Source: a bacterium | GTDB lineage: Bacteria > Joyebacterota > Joyebacteria > Joyebacterales > Joyebacteraceae | DNA length: 64,000 nt | Assembly (NCBI GenBank): GCA_025774245.1 | Contig: JALGWI010000001.1 | Coordinates: 20,599-84,598, forward strand | Direction of reading: 5' to 3' | Part shown: one piece after another, positions 46,510 to 55,005 of the stretch | Layout: the number at the start of each line of letters is the position of its first letter | Numbering within the stretch: position 1 is the stretch's first letter | The notes under the pieces: model-generated | Seen by the model: only the letters and a program-made list of their open reading frames with translations | Told to the model about the DNA's origin: nothing | Database searches by the model: none | Translations under genes and position numbers: made by a program

Positions 46510-48074
46510 GCACGGCGACCGAGAGGGAGAGAGGCGCCGGGAACGGGCGAGGCGCGGGCAGCGGGCGAGGCGCCGGCAACGGGCGGGACGCCGCGGGCCC
46601 GAACGAGAGGGTGCTCGAGCCGACGATCTTCGAGCTCTCCTCGCCGGGCCGGACGGGACATCGCCTGCCGCCGCTCGACGTCCCCGAGATCGACCTTGGG
46701 GCCGCGTTCGGTACCGCGCTCCGCGAGGCTCCCCCCGAGCTTCCCGAGCTCTCCGAGCCCGAGGTCGTCCGGCACTTCACCCGTCTCGCCGAGATGAACC
46801 ACCACGTCGACCGGGCGATCTACCCTCTCGGATCGTGCACGATGAAGTACAACCCGAAGATCAACGAGGACGTGGCGGCGCTGCCCGGCCTCGCCGGCGT
46901 TCACCCCGAGGCCGAGGGGGAGTACGCGCAGGGCTCGATCGCGCTCCTCCACCACCTCGGACGCCTCCTCTGCGAGATCTCGGGCATGGACGCCGTGAGC
47001 CTCCAGCCGCCGGCGGGAGCCTCGGGCGAGCTCGCAGGGATGCTGATCGTCCGCGCCTACCACTCCGATCGCGGCAACCCCAGGAGCAGGGTCATCGTCC
47101 CGGACTCGGCGCACGGCACGAACCCGGCGAGCGTAGCGCTCGCGGGATACGAGGCCATCGAGATCGCCTCCGGCCCCGACGGGCGGATCGACGTCGACGC
47201 CCTGCGGGCCGCCGTCGACGACGAGACCGCGGCCGTCATGATCACGAACCCGAACACGCTCGGCGTCTTCGAGACGAGGATCCACGAGATCGTCGACGTG
47301 GTCCACGCCGCCGGCGGCCTCGTCTACCTCGACGGCGCGAACCTGAACGCGTCGCTCGGGGTCGTTCGGCCGGGCGACGAGGGGTTCGACATCATGCACT
47401 TCAACCTGCACAAGACGTTCTCGGCGCCGCACGGCGGCGGCGGCCCGGGGTCGGGGCCGGTCGGCGTGATGGCGCACCTGGCCCAGTACCTCCCGTATCC
47501 GGTCGCCGCGCGCGACGAGACGAAGGCCGAGGGATACGAGTACTACATGGACTACGACCGGCCGAAGTCGATCGGCAGGGTGCACGCGGCGTACGGCAAC
47601 TTTCTCGTCGCGGTGAAGGCGTACGCGTACATCCTGACGCTCGGGCCGGCGGGGTTGAGGAGGGTCGCGGAGAACGCGGTCCTCAACGCGAACTACCTCC
47701 AGAAGCTCCTCGCGCCGCACTACGACCTCCCGTACGGGGGATACTGCCAGCACGAGTTCGTGCTCTCGGCGTCGAGGCAGAAGGAGGAGAGCGGGGTCAC
47801 GGCGCTCGACATCGCGAAGCGGCTCCTCGACTACGGGCTTCACGCCCCGACGATCTACTTCCCGCTCATCGTGAAGGAAGCGCTCATGATCGAGCCGACC
47901 GAGACGGAGAGCAGGGAGTCGCTCGACCGCTTCGCCGACGTCATGCTCGCGATCGCGCGCGAGAGCCGGGAGAGCCCCGAACTCGTGACCGGCGCGCCGA
48001 CGACGACACCGGTCGGCCGCCTGGACGAGGCGCGGGCGGCCAAGGACCTGGACGTGGCCTGGGAGAACGACTGA
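46506..48074 (+). CDS. gcvPB: Glycine dehydrogenase (decarboxylating) subunit 2 (PLP-binding), with an unusual Gly/Arg-rich N-terminal extension unless the start is at 46611
   Basis: In track ORF 46341..48074. GTG 46506 overlaps the gcvPA stop (GTGA) and has GGAGG 7 nt upstream. An alternative GTG at 46611 would give the canonical MLEPTIFELSSPGR start. PLP-Lys region HFNLHKTFSAPHGGGGPG. Confidence 0.8.
   Translation: MSTATERERGAGNGRGAGSGRGAGNGRDAAGPNERVLEPTIFELSSPGRTGHRLPPLDVPEIDLGAAFGTALREAPPELPELSEPEVVRHFTRLAEMNHHVDRAIYPLGSCTMKYNPKINEDVAALPGLAGVHPEAEGEYAQGSIALLHHLGRLLCEISGMDAVSLQPPAGASGELAGMLIVRAYHSDRGNPRSRVIVPDSAHGTNPASVALAGYEAIEIASGPDGRIDVDALRAAVDDETAAVMITNPNTLGVFETRIHEIVDVVHAAGGLVYLDGANLNASLGVVRPGDEGFDIMHFNLHKTFSAPHGGGGPGSGPVGVMAHLAQYLPYPVAARDETKAEGYEYYMDYDRPKSIGRVHAAYGNFLVAVKAYAYILTLGPAGLRRVAENAVLNANYLQKLLAPHYDLPYGGYCQHEFVLSASRQKEESGVTALDIAKRLLDYGLHAPTIYFPLIVKEALMIEPTETESRESLDRFADVMLAIARESRESPELVTGAPTTTPVGRLDEARAAKDLDVAWEND
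46533..46590 (+). repeat. Three imperfect 18-19-nt tandem repeats (gcgccgg[g/c]aacgggcgag-like) encoding GAGNGR-GAGSGR-GAGNGR at the 5' end of gcvPB
   Basis: Read directly: ggcgccgggaacgggcgag gcgcgggcagcgggcgag gcgccggcaacgggcggga. Confidence 0.55.
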
Positions 48075-48107
48075 CGCGTGGAGAGCCTGACGTGGAGGGC
48101 CTGGCCG

Positions 48108-48551
48108 ATGCTGCGGAGCCCGGTGAGGGCGGCCGTGGCGATCGTGTTCCTGGGGCTCGTCGGGTGGACGCTCCAGACGCTGTTCCACACGGGGTTCTTC
48201 ACGATCGTGGCGGTTCTCCTCCTGTGGAGCCAGGTGGCGGTCTTCTTCCTGCCGACGAAGTACACGCTGACGAGCGAGACCGTGACGGTGAAGGGGATCG
48301 TCAGCAAGAAGGAGAAGGACTGGGACGAGTTCCGGAGCTACTACACGGATCCCAACGGCCTCCTGCTCTCGCCCTTCGTTGAGCGCTCGAGGCTCGAGAA
48401 GTTCCGGGGGGTGTCGCTCCAGTTCCACGGCAACCGGGACGAGGTGATCTCGTTCGTCGAGACGATCATGCGACCCCGTCTCAGGGGGGACACCGATGTG
48501 GGCGATGCGGGACAAGGGGCGCGCGGAGGCGAAGCGGGACGAGCACCGTGA
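48108..48551 (+). CDS. Small membrane protein with two N-terminal TM helices and a bacterial PH-like (YdbT/DUF304-like) domain
   Basis: In track ORF 48078..48551. ATG at 48108 has GGAGGG 9 nt upstream. MLRSPVRAAVAIVFLGLVGW...FFTIVAVLLLWSQVAVFFLPTKYTLTSETVTVKG. The C-terminal ~25 aa are Gly/Arg-rich. Confidence 0.45.
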   Translation: MLRSPVRAAVAIVFLGLVGWTLQTLFHTGFFTIVAVLLLWSQVAVFFLPTKYTLTSETVTVKGIVSKKEKDWDEFRSYYTDPNGLLLSPFVERSRLEKFRGVSLQFHGNRDEVISFVETIMRPRLRGDTDVGDAGQGARGGEAGRAP

Positions 48552-48867
48552 GGTGATGGACCGCTTCGCCCAGAGGGTCATCGATTGGAGGATGACAGCC
48601 GTCGCGATCATGTTCCTCGAGTCGACGAAACCGTTGTCGTTTCTCGGGAACCAGGCCCTCATTTTCTTTCAGCCGATCGTGCAGTCGATCTTCAACTTCA
48701 AGAGCTACGACGAGGTGGCCGAGATCCTCGAGGACAGGGAGAACATCGAGTATCTGTTGTGCAAGATAGAAGCACTGGAAGCAGAGCGGCGTGATGCCGA
48801 GCGGGACGGGAAGCGGAAGAAGAGGGAAGAAAAGCTCGCCGCGAAGAGACTGAAGGAAGGATCCTGA
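48496..48867 (+). CDS. Small hypothetical membrane protein with a charged coiled C-terminus. The start is uncertain (48496, 48553 or 48556).
   Basis: Track ORF. Hydrophobic core VAIMFLESTKPLSFLGNQALIFFQPIVQSIF, then KIEALEAERRDAERDGKRKKREEKLAAKR. It overlaps the previous gene by 56 nt if 48496 is used. Confidence 0.35.
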   Translation: MWAMRDKGRAEAKRDEHREVMDRFAQRVIDWRMTAVAIMFLESTKPLSFLGNQALIFFQPIVQSIFNFKSYDEVAEILEDRENIEYLLCKIEALEAERRDAERDGKRKKREEKLAAKRLKEGS

Positions 48868-50669
48868 TGAGTGAGAACGGGAAGGTCAAGGCCATCGTCG
48901 CGACGGACTGTGGCAGCACGACGACGAAGGCGATCCTCATCAAGCTTGTCGATGGGGAGTATCGGCTGATCGTCCGGGGCGAGGCTCCGACGACGGTCGA
49001 GTCGCCGTTCGAGGACGTGACGCGAGGCGTGCTGAACGCGATCAGGGAGGTGGAGGAGCTCTCGGGTCACGAGATCCTCGACGGCGAGACGATCATCCAT
49101 CCGAACGACGGCAACCGTGGCGTCGATCTCTATCTCTCGACGTCGAGCGCGGGCGGCGGACTCCAGATGATGGTGGCAGGTGTCGTCATGAGCATGACGG
49201 CCGAGAGCGCCGAGCGCGCCGCCCTCGGCGCCGGCGCGATCGTCATGGACGCGCTGGCCTCGAACGACGGGCGGCTCGCGCACGAGAAGATCGAGCGGAT
49301 CAGGCATCTCCGGCCAGACATGATCCTCCTCTCCGGGGGGATCGACGGCGGGACGATCACGCACGTGGTGGAGCTCGGCCAGGTCATCTCCGCGGCCGAT
49401 CCCAAGCCGCGCCTCGGGATCGGGTACAACCTGCCGATCATCTACGCCGGGAACGTGGAAGCCCGCGGCGAGGTCGAGGCCCTCTTGGGCGACAAGACCG
49501 CGCTGTCCCTCGTGGACAACCTGCGGCCGGTCCTCGAGCGGGAGAACCTCGGTCCCGCGAGGGACATGATCCACGACCTCTTCATGGAACACGTCATGGC
49601 GCAGGCGCCGGGCTACAACAAGCTCATGAGCTGGACCGACGCTCCGATCATGCCGACGCCGGGCGCGGTCGGCTCGATCATCGAGACGATCGCGGACCGG
49701 CAGGGGATCGAGGTCGTCGGCGTCGACATCGGCGGCGCCACGACCGACATCTTCTCGGTCTTCCAGAACACGTTCAACCGGACCGTCTCCGCGAACCTCG
49801 GCATGAGCTACTCGGTATCGAACGTCCTCGCCGAGGCCGGGATCGAGAACGTGATGCGCTGGGTCCCGTTCGAGCTTCCCGAGCTCGGTGTCCGGAACCG
49901 CATCAAGAACAAGATGATCAGGCCGACGACCGTCCCACAGGCGCTCGACGACCTCAAGCTCGAGCAGGCGATCGCGCGCGAGGCGCTGCGGCTCGCGTTC
50001 GAGCAGCACAAGTCGTTCGCCGTCGGTCTCAAAGGCGTCCAGCAGGAGAGGACGATCTCCGACGCGTTCAGCCAGTCGGCGTCGGGCGAGACGCTCGTCG
50101 ACATGATGGACCTCGACCTCCTCGTCGGGTCCGGGGGCGTGCTCTCGCACGCTCCGAGGAGGCAGCAGGCGGCGATGATGCTCATCGACGGCTTCCTCCC
50201 CGAGGGCGTGACGCGGCTCGCGGTCGACTCGATCTTCATGATGCCGCAGCTCGGCGTCCTGGCGGAGGTGCACGAGAAGGCCGCGACCGAGGTCTTCGAG
50301 AAGGACTGTCTCATCCACCTCGGCACGCTCGTGGCGCCGGTGGGAACGACGCAGGAGGGGAAGCCCTGCATCAAGCTCGAGGCCTCGCTTCCCGACGGCA
50401 CGTCGATCGACGAGGACATCCCCTTCGGCGAGATGAGGGTCTACCCGCTGGGTGTGGGGGAGACCGTCGACGTCAAGCTCACACCGGCCCGCGGCTTCGA
50501 CGCCGGCGCCGGCGCCGGGAAGGTCATGGAGGCGACGCTCGCAGGCGGGGTCGTGGGGCTCATGGTCGACGCGCGGGGAAGGCCCTTCGCTCTCCCGGTC
50601 GACGCGAGCCAGCGGGTCGCGAAGCTCAGCAGATGGGCGAAGGCGTTCGACGCCTACCCGGAAACGTAG
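48867..50669 (+). CDS. GlmL/MutL-like (methylaspartate-mutase-accessory-type) ASKHA-fold ATPase protein, 600 aa
   Basis: ATG overlaps the previous stop by 1 nt. Phosphate-1 motif AIVATDCGSTTTKAILI and phosphate-2 motif VVGVDIGGATTDIFSV, as in the GlmL/MutL family. Confidence 0.45.
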   Translation: MSENGKVKAIVATDCGSTTTKAILIKLVDGEYRLIVRGEAPTTVESPFEDVTRGVLNAIREVEELSGHEILDGETIIHPNDGNRGVDLYLSTSSAGGGLQMMVAGVVMSMTAESAERAALGAGAIVMDALASNDGRLAHEKIERIRHLRPDMILLSGGIDGGTITHVVELGQVISAADPKPRLGIGYNLPIIYAGNVEARGEVEALLGDKTALSLVDNLRPVLERENLGPARDMIHDLFMEHVMAQAPGYNKLMSWTDAPIMPTPGAVGSIIETIADRQGIEVVGVDIGGATTDIFSVFQNTFNRTVSANLGMSYSVSNVLAEAGIENVMRWVPFELPELGVRNRIKNKMIRPTTVPQALDDLKLEQAIAREALRLAFEQHKSFAVGLKGVQQERTISDAFSQSASGETLVDMMDLDLLVGSGGVLSHAPRRQQAAMMLIDGFLPEGVTRLAVDSIFMMPQLGVLAEVHEKAATEVFEKDCLIHLGTLVAPVGTTQEGKPCIKLEASLPDGTSIDEDIPFGEMRVYPLGVGETVDVKLTPARGFDAGAGAGKVMEATLAGGVVGLMVDARGRPFALPVDASQRVAKLSRWAKAFDAYPET

Positions 50670-50760
50670 CCCTTGAGGCGCGGCCGGCGCAGACGGAGTC
50701 CGCCGCCGGGAGCCGCGCGGGTATCGGTTACGATCACACTGAGTTCCAGGAGCAGAAGCA

Positions 50761-51888
50761 ATGGCACACGCATACACACCAGGCCTGAGGGTCGCGGAAC
50801 TGACGGTGCTCAGGAAGGAGCGCCGCCTCCCGATCAAGGGAGATGTTCTCGTCGACGTGGGCGACGCCGTGACCTCGGACACCGTCGTCGCGAGGACACA
50901 CCTCCCGGGGAACGTCCAGCTCGTGAACGTGGCGAGCAAGCTGGGCCTTCCGCCGGAGGACCTGCCGACCGTCATGGTGAAGAAGGAAGGCGACCCGGTC
51001 GAGAAGGGCGAGCCGATCGCCACGACGAAGGGGTTCTTCGGGCTCTTCAAGTCGAACGTCCCGTCGCCGTGCGCGGGCTCGCTCGAGAACATCTCGACGG
51101 TGACCGGACAGGTCATCCTCCGCGAGCCGCCGTCCCCCATCGAGATCGACGCGTACGTCGACGGTCAGGTCGTCGAGGTCTTCGAGGCGGAGGGGGTCGC
51201 GATCGAAACCGTCGGGACGTTCATCCAGGGCATCTTCGGCGTCGGCGGTGAGCGGACCGGCGAGATCAGGGTGGCCGTCGCGAATCCCGGGGAGGTCCTC
51301 GACGCGTCGAAGCTCGACGATTCGATGAAGGGCCAGGTGGTCATCGGCGGCTCGCACGTCACGTGGGACGGGCTCCAGAAGGCGATGAAGATCGGAGCGT
51401 CCGGCGTCGTCGTCGGCGGGTTCGACGACCCCGATCTCAAACGCCTTCTCGGGAAGGACCTGGGCGTCGCGATCACCGGGCAGGAGGACGTCGCGACCAC
51501 GCTCATCCTGACGGAGGGCTTCGGTGAGATGGCCATGGCCCACGGGACGTTCGATCTCCTGAAGAAGCGCGAGGGGCGGAAGGCGTCGATCAACGGCGCG
51601 ACCCAGATTCGCGCGGGCGTCATGAGGCCCGAGATCGTGGTGCCGATCACCGAGGAGCGGGAGAGCGTCCGGGAGGAGGCCGCGAGCGAGGCGACCGGCC
51701 TCGAGATCGGAAGCGCGATCCGCGCTATCCGCGAGCCGTACTTCGGGAGGCTCGGCGAGGTCACCGAGCTTCCGAACGAGCTCCGGAAGATGGAGTCGGA
51801 GTCGATGGTCCGCGTGCTCCAGGTGCGCTTCGAGGACGGCTCGGAGGCGCTCCTGCCGAGGGCCAACGTCGAGATGATCGAGCACTGA
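50761..51888 (+). CDS. Hypothetical protein (375 aa), possibly with a hybrid-barrel N-terminal region. No family recognised.
   Basis: Track ORF with AGGAG 9 nt upstream. Gly- and Val-rich (KGDVLVDVGDAV..., GQVVIGGSHVTWDG, GASGVVVGGFDDPD). Co-directional with and 91 nt downstream of the GlmL-like gene. Confidence 0.4.
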   Translation: MAHAYTPGLRVAELTVLRKERRLPIKGDVLVDVGDAVTSDTVVARTHLPGNVQLVNVASKLGLPPEDLPTVMVKKEGDPVEKGEPIATTKGFFGLFKSNVPSPCAGSLENISTVTGQVILREPPSPIEIDAYVDGQVVEVFEAEGVAIETVGTFIQGIFGVGGERTGEIRVAVANPGEVLDASKLDDSMKGQVVIGGSHVTWDGLQKAMKIGASGVVVGGFDDPDLKRLLGKDLGVAITGQEDVATTLILTEGFGEMAMAHGTFDLLKKREGRKASINGATQIRAGVMRPEIVVPITEERESVREEAASEATGLEIGSAIRAIREPYFGRLGEVTELPNELRKMESESMVRVLQVRFEDGSEALLPRANVEMIEH

Positions 51889-52009
51889 ACCGGTCCGCCC
51901 GGTCCCCGGCGCGCCGCAGGAGCCGGGGGCGGAGGAGCGCCGGAGATTTCGGCTTTCGCGAGCCGCCTGCGTGTCCGGGCGCTGAGGGAAGGGCGCGGGG
52001 ACATTTGGC

Positions 52010-52038
52010 TTGACAGGCGCCTGGCCGTCTGGTAACTT
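52010..52038 (+). promoter_or_regulatory. Candidate sigma70-type promoter upstream of the membrane cassette (TTGACA, 17-nt spacer, TAACTT)
   Basis: Read directly: ggcTTGACAggcgcctggccgtctggTAACTTtttt, about 70 nt upstream of the ATG at 52110. Confidence 0.3.
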
Positions 52039-52109
52039 TTTTCCACTTTCCGGACCGTCTCGAGGGGGCAGGCTGCCGCCTGTACACCGGACCGTGAGGG
52101 GAGAGTTGG

Positions 52110-53348
52110 ATGCGGCGTGACAGAGGGCGCTCGATGAGGGCGCGCACACCAGCAGGGTTCGTCGTCGGCGTCTTGTCGATCTCGGCCCTGTTCTTGTGTT
52201 CGGCCGCGCTCGCGCAGGAGGAGATCGAGGCCGCGCCGGCCGACAGCCTCCCGCCTCTCTCGCCCCCGACGTCGGTGATGATCTCGGACACCCCGAACGA
52301 CCGCGGGTTCTCGATCAACGTCACCTGGGCGCTCTCCAGCGACGACGAGGCCGGGAGGGTGACGTCGTACCGGATCTACAGGACGTCGGATCCGGACACC
52401 GGCTTCGCGTTCGCCGGGCGGGTCTCGCCGGGGGACACCGAGTACCGCGACGGCGATGCGCCCGAGGGAGAGCTCGTCTACTACCGCGTCTCCGCTACCG
52501 ACGACGTCGGCGCAGAGTCGCCGTCCGAGACCTCGGCCCCGACTCAGGCCGTACCGCAGTGGTTCAACAAGGAACGCATCAACGTCCTGATCGCCGTGTT
52601 CATCTTCGTCGCGGCGATCGTCTACTTCGTGGTGTCGGCGCGCCGGGGGAAGGACCTCTTCATCAGACGCCTCGCGGGGCTCGACGAGGTCGACAACGCG
52701 GTCGGTCGCGCCACCGAGATGGGCAAGCCGATCCTCTACATCTCGGGCCTCTCGACAGTCTCCGACGTCGCGACGATCGCGGCGATCAACATCCTGGGCG
52801 AGGTCGCGAAGAAGACAGCCGAGTACAACACCCGGCTCATCGTGCCTTGCGCCGACCCCATCGTCATGGCCGTCGAGCAGGAGGTCGTCAAGGAGGCGTA
52901 CGCCAAGGTCGGAAGGCCCGACTCCTACAACGAGGACGACGTCTTCTACCTGACGAGGAGCCAGTTCGCGTACGTCGCGGGCGTGAACGGCATCATGGTG
53001 CGTCAGCGACCCGCGACGATCCTCTACATGGGCATGTTCTTCGCCGAGTCGCTCGTTCTCGCCGAGACCGGCGCCTCGGTCGGAGCGATCCAGATCGCGG
53101 GGACCGACGCCGTGACGCAGCTTCCGTTCTTCATCACGGCGTGCGACTACACGCTGATCGGCGAAGAGCTCTACGCGGCGAGCGCCTACCTCTCTCGCGA
53201 GCCCGTTCTCCTGGGCGGTCTCAAGGGACAGGACACGCTCAAGATGGTGATCGCGATCACCATCATTCTGACGACCATCGTGGCGACGCTCGTCGCGGTG
53301 AACGCGATCGGGGCCGATTTCATGACGCCGCTTCTGATCACGCAGTAG
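52110..53348 (+). CDS. Cassette 1, protein A: signal peptide, Fn3-like ectodomain, TM helix, ~250-aa conserved domain (paralogous to protein C), C-terminal TM helix. Family unknown.
   Basis: GAGGGGAG RBS. VVGVLSISALFLCSAALAQ. Fn3-like INVTWALSSDDEAGRVTSYRIYRT...EYRDGDAPEGELVYYRVSATDDVGAES. TM INVLIAVFIFVAAIVYFVV. Domain RATEMGKPILYISG...LLGGLKG. TM MVIAITIILTTIVATLVAV. Confidence 0.6.
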   Translation: MRRDRGRSMRARTPAGFVVGVLSISALFLCSAALAQEEIEAAPADSLPPLSPPTSVMISDTPNDRGFSINVTWALSSDDEAGRVTSYRIYRTSDPDTGFAFAGRVSPGDTEYRDGDAPEGELVYYRVSATDDVGAESPSETSAPTQAVPQWFNKERINVLIAVFIFVAAIVYFVVSARRGKDLFIRRLAGLDEVDNAVGRATEMGKPILYISGLSTVSDVATIAAINILGEVAKKTAEYNTRLIVPCADPIVMAVEQEVVKEAYAKVGRPDSYNEDDVFYLTRSQFAYVAGVNGIMVRQRPATILYMGMFFAESLVLAETGASVGAIQIAGTDAVTQLPFFITACDYTLIGEELYAASAYLSREPVLLGGLKGQDTLKMVIAITIILTTIVATLVAVNAIGADFMTPLLITQ

Positions 53349-53408
53349 CGGCAGGGGGAGGATCCCGCGCGTCCGCGCGGGCAAGCCGAAGGTCCGAGGG
53401 GTCAGAGG

Positions 53409-54041
53409 ATGTTGCGTCGAAGGCTACCGCTGCTGCTGTGCTTCATCGCCGGTCTCTTCATGGCGGTCCAGTACTACGTCCCCCACCACTCGGTGCAGAG
53501 TGCCTACGAGACGTTGCTGCTCTGGCTCCAGACGCTTCTCGCCTTCGCGTTCCTCCTCGGGACCGTGAGTCTGATCCGGGTCCACTACCACAAGATCAGG
53601 AACAAGGCTGCCGACCGCGGGTTCAGCCTCGTGATGTTTGCGGGGCTCTTCGCCATGCTCGGTCTCGGCTTCTTCCACCCGTCGCACCACGCGCCGGGGT
53701 CGCCGTTCAACCTGATGTTCCTGAACGTCCAGGTGCCGATCGAGGCGACGATGTTCTCGCTCCTGGCGTTCTACGTTGCCTCGGCCGCCTTTCGCGCCTT
53801 CCGCGCGAGGACGCTCGAGGCGACGCTGCTGCTCGTCGCGGCAGCGATCGTGATGCTCGGGCGTGTCCCGATCGGGGAGATGATCTCGAGCACGATCCCC
53901 GAGGCCACCCGCTGGATCCTCGAGGTGCCGAACCTCGCCGCGAAGCGTGGGATCATGATCGGCGTCGGCCTCGGCATGATGGCGACGTCGCTCAAGATCA
54001 TCCTCGGCATCGAGCGCGCGTGGATGGGCGGAGGCGACTAG
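53409..54041 (+). CDS. Cassette 1, protein B: polytopic membrane protein (~5 predicted TM helices). Family unknown.
   Basis: GAGG RBS. Hydrophobic segments LLLCFIAGLFMAV, LLLWLQTLLAFAFLLGTV, FSLVMFAGLFAMLGLGFF, TMFSLLAFYVASAAF, LLLVAAAIVMLG, IMIGVGLGMMATSL. Confidence 0.55.
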   Translation: MLRRRLPLLLCFIAGLFMAVQYYVPHHSVQSAYETLLLWLQTLLAFAFLLGTVSLIRVHYHKIRNKAADRGFSLVMFAGLFAMLGLGFFHPSHHAPGSPFNLMFLNVQVPIEATMFSLLAFYVASAAFRAFRARTLEATLLLVAAAIVMLGRVPIGEMISSTIPEATRWILEVPNLAAKRGIMIGVGLGMMATSLKIILGIERAWMGGGD

Positions 54042-54086
54042 ACGTCGTCTCTACGTGGGCGCGGACGGCCGCGCCCGGAGGCACTG

Positions 54087-54944
54087 ATGGCTTCATCGAT
54101 GACCCGGTTCTTCGAGAGGTTCCTCAAGATCGACAGGCGCTGGATCTTCCTCGCGATTGCCATCGCGGTGGTCATCCCGTTCTTCGCGCCTCTCGGTCTC
54201 CCCGTCGACGTGACGCCACCTGTTCAGCGCCTCTACGACGCGGTCGACGAACTCGAGGCGGGAGGAGCTCCTCTCCTTCTCTCGATCGACTACACGCCGG
54301 CGACGTCTCCCGAGCTCGAGCCGATGTCGACGGCAATCCTGCGCCACGTGTTCGAGAAGGGCGTCCGGGTCATCGTGATGACGCTTCACCCGGCCGGCTA
54401 CGGCATGGCCGAGAGCGCGATCCTCAGGGCGGCGGAGGAGGCGGGGGCCGAGTACGGCGAGGACCTCGTGTACCTCGGCTTCCAGCCGGGCACGTCCGCG
54501 GTGATCCTGGGCCTCGGCGTCAACATCACGAACGTCTTCCCCGAGGACGCATACGGGACGCCGCTCTCAGAGATTCCCCTGATGGAGGGGATCCGGAACT
54601 ACGACGACATCCCTCTCCTCATCTCGCTGGCCGGGTGGTCGGCGTCGGAGGCGTGGGTCTACTTTGCGCACCAGCCCTACGGACAGAGGGTCGGCGGCGG
54701 TGTGACGGCGGTCATGGCAACCGATCTCTACCCGTACCTCGATTCGGGCCAGCTCGTTGGTCTTCTGGGCGGGATGCGTGGTGCGGCGGAGTACGAGGTG
54801 CTCATCGGGCGGCCCGGCTCCGGAGCACGGGGCATGGACTCGCAATCGGTGATTCACCTGATCATCATTCTTTTGATCGTGCTTGGGAACGTCGCCTATT
54901 TCGCGACGAGAAGGCAGCGGAAGCTGGCGGGAGAAGGAACCTAG
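54087..54944 (+). CDS. Cassette 1, protein C: N-terminal TM helix, ~230-aa domain homologous to the C-terminal domain of protein A, C-terminal TM helix. Family unknown.
   Basis: GGAGG RBS. WIFLAIAIAVVIPFFAPLG ... LLGGMRGAAEYEVL ... VIHLIIILLIVLGNVAYFATRRQRK. Confidence 0.55.
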   Translation: MASSMTRFFERFLKIDRRWIFLAIAIAVVIPFFAPLGLPVDVTPPVQRLYDAVDELEAGGAPLLLSIDYTPATSPELEPMSTAILRHVFEKGVRVIVMTLHPAGYGMAESAILRAAEEAGAEYGEDLVYLGFQPGTSAVILGLGVNITNVFPEDAYGTPLSEIPLMEGIRNYDDIPLLISLAGWSASEAWVYFAHQPYGQRVGGGVTAVMATDLYPYLDSGQLVGLLGGMRGAAEYEVLIGRPGSGARGMDSQSVIHLIIILLIVLGNVAYFATRRQRKLAGEGT

Positions 54945-55005
54945 ACTCGGGACCCCGGGGCCTCTGGACCCGGGTGCCCGCGGGCCTGACCTCGCGGAGG
55001 CAGAC

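Noticed and set aside
48078-48107. GTG start at 48078 for the PH-domain membrane protein
   Set aside because: It lies only 3 nt after the gcvPB stop and has no RBS. ATG at 48108 has GGAGGG at proper spacing. The ORF start is therefore moved, with low overall confidence.
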